From Mobula hypostoma (taxonomy: Eukaryota), in NCBI RefSeq assembly GCF_963921235.1, contig NC_086097.1, positions 83,454,001-83,514,000 of the forward strand: 60,000 bases of DNA, read 5' to 3'. The notes under the pieces are model-generated. The model had not been told where the DNA came from. It made no database searches and was given only the letters and a program-made list of their open reading frames with translations. Each line of letters starts with the position of its first letter. Positions within the stretch are counted from its first letter, which is position 1. This document shows positions 51,586-60,000 of this stretch, one piece after another. The translations under genes and the position numbers were made by a program.

Positions 51586-54500
51586 TTACATTAAATGAAA
51601 ATATCGAATAAAAGGTCCCCAAATCTGTTCAAATTTAAATGAAGAATCATAAAGGTTACTTCTAATTTTCTCCAGATTCAAACATAAAATCGTCTGAGAA
51701 AACCAAAAAAAGGTAGTTGGAGCATTAAGCTCTTTCCAATGTTGTAAAATACATCTTTTCGCCATTAAAGTAAGAAATGCAATCATTCTACGGGCTGAAG
51801 GGGAAAGATTACTAGAAATTTTAGGTAGTCCAAAGATAGCAGTAATAGGGTGAGGAGAGATATCTATATTTAATACCTTAGAAATAATATTGAAAATATC
51901 TCTCCAAAAAGTTTCCAAAGTAGGGCAAGACCAAAACATATGAGTTAAAGAGGCTATCTGCCCCGAACATCTATCACAGAAAGGATTAATATGCGAGTAA
52001 AAACGCGCTAACTTATCTTTGGACATATGTGCTCTATGCACCACTTTAAATTGAATTAGGGAATGTTTAGTACAAATAGAGGAAGTATTAACTAATTGTA
52101 AAATCTGCCCCCAATCATCCACAGAAATGGTAAGCCCCAATTCCTGTTCCCAATCTACCCTAATCTTATCAAATGGAGCTTTCCTGAGTTTCATAATAAT
52201 ATTATAAATCATAGCCGATGCACCTTTCTGACATGGATTAAGGTTAATTATCGAATCTAAAATATATATAGGAGGAAGCATTGGAAAGGAAGGAAGTATA
52301 GTACTTAGAAAATTTCTAACTTGTAAATATCTAAAAAAAAAAAAAAAAAAATGTATTCTTGATAGGTTATATTTATTAGATAATTGTTCAAAAGACATAA
52401 GGGAACCATCTAAAAATAAATCCAAAAACCGTAAAATACCCTTAGTCTTCCAAGTTTGAAAAGCGCGATCCGTAAAAGAGGGAGGAAAAAATATGTTACC
52501 TAAAATAGGAATCGCTAACCCGAATTGATTAAGATCAAAAAATTTTCTGAATTGAAACCAAATACGCAAAGCATATTTAACGATCGGGTTAGAGACCTGC
52601 TTAAGGCGTTTCGAATCAAAAGGAAGAGATGAACCTAAAATAGAACCAAGTGTATAACCCTGAACAGATTGTAATTCCAATGCTACCCATTTAGGAATAG
52701 ATAGTATATCCCGGTCAAGTAACCAAAATTTCATATGTCGAATATTAATAGCCCAATAATAAAATCTAAAGTTAGGTAATGCTAAACCTCCATCTCTCTT
52801 AGCTTTCTGTAAATGTATTTTACCCAGTCTCGGATTCTTATTCTGCCAAATAAATGAAGAAATTTTAGAGTCGACTTTATCAAAAAAAGATTTAGGAACG
52901 AAAATTGGTAATGCCTGAAACACATATAAAAATTTTGGCAAAAAAAACATCTTAACTGCATTAATACGACCAATCAAAGTTAAATATAAAGGAAACCATT
53001 TAGATGAAAGTTGAGTAATATGGTCTATTAATGGTAAAAAGTTAGTCTTAAATAAATCTTTATGTTTACAAGTAATTTTAATCCCAAGATATGAAAGGTA
53101 ATTATTAATCAATTTAAATGGAAATTTATAATATAAGGGAAGATGTTTATTAATCGGAAAAAGTTCACTCTTACTAAGATTTAATTTATAACCTGAGAAA
53201 AGACCAAATTGTGCTAATAACTCTAAAACAGCAGGAATAGATCTCTCAGGATTAGAAATATATAAAAGTAAATCATCAGCATAGAGTGATAATTTATGGG
53301 ACTTTAATCCCCGAGTTATCCCAGTAATATTTGAAGATTCTGGAATAGCAATTGCAAGAGGTTCTAATGCAATATCAAATAATAGGGGACTAAGAGGACA
53401 GCCTTGTCGAGTACCACGAAAGAGAGGAAAAAAAGGTGAGTTTAAAGAGTTAGTACGAACCGAGGCTACAGGGGAGTGATATAACAGTTTAATCCAGGAT
53501 ATAAATTTCAGGCTAAAATTAAACATTTCAAGCACCTTAAATAAATAAGGCCATTCTACTCTATCAAAAGCTTTCTCGGCATCTAAAGAAATAACACACT
53601 CAGGAACATTTTGTGAGGGAGTATAAACGATATTTAACAATGTACGAATATTATAAAAAGAGTAACGACCTTTAATAAAACCCGTTTGGTCTTCCGAAAT
53701 AATAGAAGGAAGTACTTTTTCTAGTCTATTTGCTAATAACTTAGAAAAAACTTTAGAATCAACATTTAATAAAGATATTGGTCTATAAGATGCACATTGA
53801 GCAGGGTCTTTATCCTTCTTTAGTATTAAAGAAATTGATGCTCTATTAAAAGATTCCGGAAGTTTACCAAGTTTCAAAGAAGCCTCAAAAACCTTATAGA
53901 GCCAAGGAATCAATAAAGAAGCAAAACATTTATAAAATTCAACGGTAAACCCATCAGGGCCAGGAGCTTTCCCCAGATTCATAGAAAAAATAACATTCTT
54001 AATCTCATCCATTGTAATGGAAGTATCTAATAAAGAAGACATATCCTGTGAAATCTGAGGAAAGTCTAACTTATCTAAAAAATCATTCATATATTTAGAA
54101 TCTCGAGGAGACTCTGATTGATATAAAGAAGAATAAAAATCACAAAAGGTTTGATTAATCCCCACATGATCCAATATCAATCGATCATTTTGGTTATAAA
54201 TCTGATTGATTTGAGATTTAACATAATTAGATTTCAATTGATTAGCCAGCAGCTTGCCAATTTTATCACTGTGAACATAAAAATCACTTCTTGTTTTCTT
54301 TAATTGGTTTACAATCGAGGACGAGAGTAGTAAACTGTGTTCCATTTGAAGTTCAGTTCTTTGTTTGTATAGCTCCTCAGAAGGAGCCATAACATATTTC
54401 TTATCAATTTCTTTAATCTTGTCCACAATTGCCATCTCCTCCTGCTTCTGTTTCTTCCTCAAAGCAACGGAATACGAAATAATCTGACCCCGAATATAGG

Positions 54501-55374
54501 CTTTAAAAGTGTCCCAAAGAGTGTTAACCGAAATATCTTCTGTATGGTTAATTATAAAAAAAAGCTCAATCTGTTCATTCATAAAATTAACAAAGTCCGA
54601 GTCCTGAAGCAACAGCGAATTAAAACGCCATTGTCTATTGTTTGGTATATTGGCCATAATTTTAATAGAAAGCTTAAGTGGAGCATGATCCGAAATGGTT
54701 ATAGAATCATAATCACATTTAATCACTGAAGGAATGAGACGAGAATCAATAAAAAAATAATCAATTCTTGAATAGGAATGATGAACATGTGAAAAAAAGG
54801 AAAAATCTTTTTCCTGAGGATGCAGAAAACGCCAAATATCCGTCGACCCAGAATCAGAAAGGAAAAAATTAATCAAATTTGCAGATTTATTAGGTAAAGT
54901 CCGTAAAGGAGCCGAACGGTCCAAAGCTGGAGATAAACAGGTATTAAGATCTCCGCCCCAAATCAATGAAAACTCGTTCAAATTCGGAAACTGATCAAAC
55001 AATGATTTATAAAATTCCGGACAATCCATATTAGGAGCATAAACATTAACCAAAACTACTTTTTTATTAAATAGTAAACCACTAACCAATAAAAATCTAC
55101 CATTCGGATCAGAGATAATATCCTGTTGTATAAAAGTAACTGAGGAATCTATAAAAATAGAGACGCCTCGAATCTTAGCATTGGAGTTCGAATGAAATTG
55201 TTGTCCCTTCCAGAATTTGAAAAAACGTAGTCTGTCCCCCCTCCGTACATGGGTCTCTTGTAAAAATAAAATTTGTGCTTTAAGTCTCCGGAACACTTTA
55301 AAAACTTTTTTTCTTTTAATAGGATGATTAAGACCATTAGTATTCCAGGAGACAAAATTAATAATAGACTCCAT
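51586..55374 (-). CDS. L1 ORF2p (APE endonuclease, reverse transcriptase, Cys/His-rich C-terminus), 1262 aa from the ATG
   Basis: SWNTNGL, LQETH, VYAPN, GGDLN, SRIDY, SDHAP; KAPGPDGF, DAEKAFD, GTRQGCPLSP, YADD; CDRC...HMFWSC. Confidence 0.96.
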   Translation of the reverse strand: MESIINFVSWNTNGLNHPIKRKKVFKVFRRLKAQILFLQETHVRRGDRLRFFKFWKGQQFHSNSNAKIRGVSIFIDSSVTFIQQDIISDPNGRFLLVSGLLFNKKVVLVNVYAPNMDCPEFYKSLFDQFPNLNEFSLIWGGDLNTCLSPALDRSAPLRTLPNKSANLINFFLSDSGSTDIWRFLHPQEKDFSFFSHVHHSYSRIDYFFIDSRLIPSVIKCDYDSITISDHAPLKLSIKIMANIPNNRQWRFNSLLLQDSDFVNFMNEQIELFFIINHTEDISVNTLWDTFKAYIRGQIISYSVALRKKQKQEEMAIVDKIKEIDKKYVMAPSEELYKQRTELQMEHSLLLSSSIVNQLKKTRSDFYVHSDKIGKLLANQLKSNYVKSQINQIYNQNDRLILDHVGINQTFCDFYSSLYQSESPRDSKYMNDFLDKLDFPQISQDMSSLLDTSITMDEIKNVIFSMNLGKAPGPDGFTVEFYKCFASLLIPWLYKVFEASLKLGKLPESFNRASISLILKKDKDPAQCASYRPISLLNVDSKVFSKLLANRLEKVLPSIISEDQTGFIKGRYSFYNIRTLLNIVYTPSQNVPECVISLDAEKAFDRVEWPYLFKVLEMFNFSLKFISWIKLLYHSPVASVRTNSLNSPFFPLFRGTRQGCPLSPLLFDIALEPLAIAIPESSNITGITRGLKSHKLSLYADDLLLYISNPERSIPAVLELLAQFGLFSGYKLNLSKSELFPINKHLPLYYKFPFKLINNYLSYLGIKITCKHKDLFKTNFLPLIDHITQLSSKWFPLYLTLIGRINAVKMFFLPKFLYVFQALPIFVPKSFFDKVDSKISSFIWQNKNPRLGKIHLQKAKRDGGLALPNFRFYYWAINIRHMKFWLLDRDILSIPKWVALELQSVQGYTLGSILGSSLPFDSKRLKQVSNPIVKYALRIWFQFRKFFDLNQFGLAIPILGNIFFPPSFTDRAFQTWKTKGILRFLDLFLDGSLMSFEQLSNKYNLSRIHFFFFFFRYLQVRNFLSTILPSFPMLPPIYILDSIINLNPCQKGASAMIYNIIMKLRKAPFDKIRVDWEQELGLTISVDDWGQILQLVNTSSICTKHSLIQFKVVHRAHMSKDKLARFYSHINPFCDRCSGQIASLTHMFWSCPTLETFWRDIFNIISKVLNIDISPHPITAIFGLPKISSNLSPSARRMIAFLTLMAKRCILQHWKELNAPTTFFWFSQTILCLNLEKIRSNLYDSSFKFEQIWGPFIRYFHLM

Positions 55375-56097
55375 AAATCCTAAAGTCAACCCACGACAAG
55401 GAGGATTGACAATAGGCGCGACCCACAAACCCGGAGAGGAAACAGAACATACAAAAGATACCGGGGAAAAGGACGCAACCAGTACTTCAATAATGTATAT
55501 AGCCCAAAGAAAAACAAACTAAAACGTGAAGCCCCTCCCGCCACCCCCCAGCCCAAGACCCCAAGGCAAAATCTAAAGCAGACCCGCCAGAAAGAAGCAA
55601 GCGCTAAAACTACCCCCATGACTTCCGGTATACGCTCCCTAAAAAAAAAGGTATAAATATGAAAAGGATCAGCTAATTGTAAAACAGTAAAAAAATAAGT
55701 AAAAAAAGTTAGCTCAATTAGAATACACACAGAACAGAACAAAAGCCGGAAAATATATATTAAAAAAAAACCACAATAAACCTCAAACTCATGAATAGAC
55801 ACAGCAACAAAAAAAAATAGGATTATTAACATAAAGTGATTATAAAAAGCAAAACAGAATAAAATTTAAACAAAAACTACAAAATTTAAGGCCGCACAGG
55901 AAATACGTAAGATGACAAAAGGGAAGTAACCACCCAGAATCCCCTGGGAAAAGAAAGAAATGACGCAGTTAAAAAGAAAGTTTAGTAGCCATATTAAGAA
56001 ATCGAAAGTAAACTTTTCTGCCCAAATAGGGCACAGAAAAGTTAAAACCAACCAATTCACAGCCTCCGATCGACGGAGAAAATTAAAAAGAAAGCAA

Positions 56098-56997
56098 TTA
56101 AGATGTTGGAGATGAAAGTTGATCCAGATAACTCTGGGCATCCGATGGAGAATCAAAAAAACGAAGGGCTCCATCTGACATGCGAATCCTTAGACGTGCA
56201 GGGTACAGCAGCGCTGGTCTTAAATCCATCTTATAGAATTCCGACATCACGGATCTGTAACGGACCCGTTGGTCCCAGATTGGTTTACTGAAATCTTCCA
56301 CGAATCGGAACTTAAGATCCGAAAAATCAATGAAACCTTTAGATCGAGCGAATCGAAACAGTCTCTCCTTGTCTTGAAAGTAATGAAAACGTAAGATAAC
56401 ATGCCTAGGTCTATCTGACCTAGACGAGTATGATGGGATTCTGTGAACACGATCCAGTAGCGGTGGTTGGTCAGGAAATACAGTAGGGAATGCATCTTTT
56501 AAAAGTTGGGAGAAATATTTCATGGGGTTGTTACCTTCAGCGGCTTCCCTCACGCCAATCATTCGTAAATTCTGCCGTCGCATTCTAGATTCCAAGTCAG
56601 AGTTTTTAAAAGTCAAAAAGTCAAGTTTCTTCTTCATTACATTAATTGTTTCTTCGATTTTCCCCATCTTAAGCTCACTTTGTTGCGCGAATTTTTGAAG
56701 ATCAGATATAGCCGACTGATGTTCCGCAATACATGTTTGCATCTTATCAATTAAACCGGCAATTTTCTGGAAATTAGTTGAGATTTCCGTATGAATCAGG
56801 TCTTTAACAGGGCCTGCAATTTCCGTACGAATCATCTCCCTAACAGAGGTTGAAATTTCCCTCTGAATTAACTCCGATATCGCTTTCAAAGTCACCGGTG
56901 ATTCAGTCGGAGGGAGATCCGTAGCTTTCGGTTTAACCGGAGGTTTACCATCCTTGCCGTTTTTCCCGTTCTTAGACATAGCAGATCTAAGTATCAT
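56098..56997 (-). CDS. L1 ORF1p (coiled coil, RRM and CTD; Transposase_22-like)
   Basis: Heptad region, DLESRMRRQNLRMIGVRE, LDRVHR, PRHVILRFH, EDFS, LLYPARLRI. Confidence 0.93.
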   Translation of the reverse strand: MILRSAMSKNGKNGKDGKPPVKPKATDLPPTESPVTLKAISELIQREISTSVREMIRTEIAGPVKDLIHTEISTNFQKIAGLIDKMQTCIAEHQSAISDLQKFAQQSELKMGKIEETINVMKKKLDFLTFKNSDLESRMRRQNLRMIGVREAAEGNNPMKYFSQLLKDAFPTVFPDQPPLLDRVHRIPSYSSRSDRPRHVILRFHYFQDKERLFRFARSKGFIDFSDLKFRFVEDFSKPIWDQRVRYRSVMSEFYKMDLRPALLYPARLRIRMSDGALRFFDSPSDAQSYLDQLSSPTS

Positions 56998-57584
56998 CCA
57001 ATTGTCAGAGAATTCAGTTTAATTCAAAGTATTGTAAGAGTTGATGCCTTAATGGTTAATTAAAGTATAGCTGACCATAGAGAAAAAAAACTCAGAGGTA
57101 ATGGAGCGAGTCAAGAACGCGACTTCACTCCATGAGCGCTACCGGAAGTCTCCCCTACATCCCCAATCCTGGTGTCATCAAACTTGCTGATCCAATCAAT
57201 CACATTATCATCCATTTATTGACAGAGATGACAAACAATAATGGGCCCAGCACCGATCTCTGCGGCACTTCACTAGTCACAGAGGCAACCATCTACTAAT
57301 ACTCTGGCTTCTCTTCAAAGCCAATGTCTAATCTAATTTACTACCTCATCTTGAATACCAAGTGACTGAACCCTCTTGACCAACTTCCCCTGTGGAATCT
57401 TGTCAAATGCTTTGCTGAAGTCCATGTAGACAACATCAATTGAATTACCATCATCAACTTTCCTGGTAACTTCCTTAAAAAGCTCTATAAAATTAGTTAG
57501 ATACAACCTATTATGTACAAAGCCATGCTGATTATTCCTCATCAGTTCCTGTCTACCCAAATAATCATATCCAGTCCCTTAGAA

Positions 57585-57839
57585 CAGTGGTCCCCAATCT
57601 CCAGGCCACGGACCGATACCGGGCCGTGAAGCATGCAGGGGTGCAGCAGTAGCCGGAATGCACCCAGCACATCTTTAAGAAAAAAGCCGAAATAAACAAG
57701 CTAATTAATTAGGTGCTGCCCGGCACATAAATGTCGGCCCAGATCAGAGGCAATTAAAGATGTGCTGGGTGCATTCCAGCTACCGCTGCATTCTCTGTGG
57801 CCCCGTATCGGTCCCCAGCCTGGAGGTTGGGGACCACGG
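57585..57839. mobile_element. hAT MITE with long (about 90 bp) inverted arms
   Basis: cagtggtcccca...cacatctttaa versus ttaaagatgtg...tggggaccacgg; TSD ccttagaa/ccttcgaa. Confidence 0.88.
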
Positions 57840-58132
57840 CCTTCGAATACCTTCCAATAACTTTTCCACTACTGATGTCAAGTTCACCAGCCTATAATTT
57901 ACAGGTTTATTCTTAGAGCCTTTCTTAAACAGCAGAACAACATTAGCTATCTTCCAATCCTCCAGTAACTCACTTGTCACTAAGGATGATTCAAATATTT
58001 CTGCTAGGGCTCCTTCAGTCTCTGCAATTTGCATCCCACAATCTGAGGGAATACCTTGTCAGGCCCTGGGGATTTATTCACCTTAATTTGCATCAAGACA
58101 CCAAATACCTTCTGTGTAATCTGCATAGGGTC

Positions 58133-59383
58133 CATCAGCAAATACTTTGAGAGGCTGGTCAAGGACTAAATCTGCAGCATGCTACCACTCACACTGGACC
58201 CCCTACAATTCACCTACCGACACAACCAAACAACAGGTGACACAGTAGCCTCAGCTCTGCACACTGCCCTTACGCATCTGGAGAAGAAGGATGCTTATGT
58301 GAGAATGCTGTTCTTGGACGACAGTTCAGCATTCAACACCATAATTCCCTCCAGGCTCGACAAGAAGCTCAGAGACTTCAGCCCTCAGCCTTCACCCTGC
58401 CTTGATCCTGGACTTCGTGTCAGATTGCCAGCTGGTGGTAAGTGTGGGCTTCCTCACCTCTGACCCTCAACACAGGAGCCCCTCAGGGCTGTGTCCTAAG
58501 TCCCCTCTATCACTGTATACCCATGATTGTGTCGCCACCCACAGCTCCAATATGCTAATTAAATTTACTACTGACACTACACTGATTGGCCTAATCTCAA
58601 ATAATGAGGCAGCCCACAGAGAAGACGTCATTACCATAACACAGTGTGTCAGGAAAACAACCTCTCCTCAATGTCGCAAAAGCAAAGGAGCTGGTTGTGG
58701 ACTAAGGAGGAATGGAGACAGGCTAGCCCCTATTGACATCAATGGATCTGGGGTTGAGAAGGTAAACAGCTTCAAGTTCCTCAAGATAAACATCACCAAG
58801 GATTTCATGTGGTCTGTACATACTGGCTGTGTGGTGAAAAAGGTACAACAGTGCCTCTTTCATCTCAAACAGTTGAAGTTTGGTATGGGCTCCCAAATCC
58901 TAAGAACTTTCTACAGGAGCACTATTGAGAGCATCCTGACTGGCTGCATCACTGCCTGGTATAGGAACTGTACTTCCCTCGATCGCCAGACTCTGCAGTG
59001 AGTGGTGCGAACAGCCCAGCACATCTGTAGATGTGAACTTCCCATGATTCAGGACATTTACAGAGACAGGTGTGTAAAAAATGCCTGAAGGATTGTTGGG
59101 GACCTGAGTCACCCCAAACACAAACTGTTCTAGCTGCTACCATCCGGGAAATGGTACCGCAGCATAAAAGCCAGGACCAACTGGCTTCAGGTCAGCTTCT
59201 TCCACCAGGCCATCAGACTGCTTAACTCATGCTGACACAACTGTATTTCTATGTTATATTGACTATCCTGTTGTACATATTATTTATTATAAATTACCAT
59301 ATATTGCACATTTAGACGGAGACGTAACAAGGATTTTTACTCCATGTATACGAAGGATGTAAGCAATAAAGTCAATTCAATTC
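58133..59383 (+). mobile_element. Rex1/Babar-clade LINE, 5'-truncated
   Basis: [43 protein letters not shown]; tail aataaagtcaattcaattca. Confidence 0.88.
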
Positions 59384-60000
59384 ACTGCTGCTATACCTCA
59401 CTTCTATAGACTCTGTGTCCATCTCCCAAGTAAATACAGATGAAAAAATAAAACATTTAAGATCTCCCCCGTCTCTTTTGGTTCCCCATGGATTACCATT
59501 CCGATCTTCCAAAAGACCAACTTCATCCCTTGTAATTCTTTTGCTCTTAACATATCTGTAGAAGCCCCTGGGATTCTCCTTCACCTTGTCTGCCAGAGCA
59601 ACCTCGTCATCTCTTTGACTCCTTATGTCTTAAGTGTTCTCATGCATTTCTTTTACTCAAGTATCTCATTTGTTCCTACCTGCCAGTACCTGCTATGCAT
59701 TTGCTTTTTATTTTTCTCTTAAACAGGGTCTCAGTAGCTCGAAGACCAAGGTTCCCTAAACCTGTTATCCTTGCCTTTTATTCTGACAGGCATATACAAG
59801 CTTTGTACTCTCAAAATTTTACTTTTGAAAGTCTCCTACCTATCAAGTACACCTTTGCCGGAAAACAGCCTGCCCCAGTCCAAATTTGCCAGATCCTTTA
59901 TTATACCATCAAAATTGTCCTTTCTCCAATTTAGAATCTCAACCCATGTACCAGACCTATCCTTTTCCATAATTATCTTGAAACTAATAACATTATGTTC

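Larger units (their letters stand above)
51234..57154 (-). mobile_element. Full-length L1-clade LINE, about 5.9 kb, both ORFs open
   Basis: Perfect 16-bp TSD ctacatccccaatcct (51218-51233, 57155-57170); 5' end GGGAGACTTCCGGT; 3' AATAAA and short A-rich tail. Confidence 0.97.
50390..60000 (-). mobile_element. Older CR1 LINE hosting L1, MITE and Rex1 insertions
   Basis: Collinear pieces: SYKERLNRLGL (50507-50803), DDT motif beside the L1 TSD, VVYMDFSKAFDK (57333-57560), EDWKIANV (57780-58034), KENPRGFYRYVKSKR (59372-59584). Confidence 0.9.

Noticed and set aside
55375..55428. 18-aa N-terminal extension of L1 ORF2
   Set aside because: It depends on a non-ATG start; endonuclease homology begins right after the ATG at 55374.
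55386..56174. Hydrophobic ORFs in the L1 inter-ORF spacer (possible extra gene)
   Set aside because: The Phe/Leu-rich translation is explained by T-rich low-complexity sequence; no recognisable motif.

Overview
Repeat-rich vertebrate genomic DNA, most likely from a cartilaginous fish (ray or shark), judged from the repeat families present (inference). One host gene is supported: a three-exon type I acyl-CoA thioesterase (ACOT1/2/BAAT family) on the + strand, with exons at 30669/30744-31206, 45069-45271 and 48992-49585. It has an intact Ser-Asp-His triad, an optional Arg-rich 25-aa N-terminal extension and a C-terminal -SQL. Most of the rest is transposable elements. These include a full-length L1 with two open ORFs and a 16-bp target-site duplication (TSD) (51234-57154, -), a full-length decayed hAT (12698-16252), an IR/DR Tc1 carrying a nested L1 fragment, CR1, Rex1, RTE, Tx1 and Crack-like LINE remnants, hAT MITEs, solo LTRs and SINEs. 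Penelope-like terminal repeats recur many times and carry a minimal hammerhead ribozyme motif; the best-preserved copy lies antisense just upstream of the ACOT start. Ends of old repeats are approximate, and family names come from motif recognition, not database searches.
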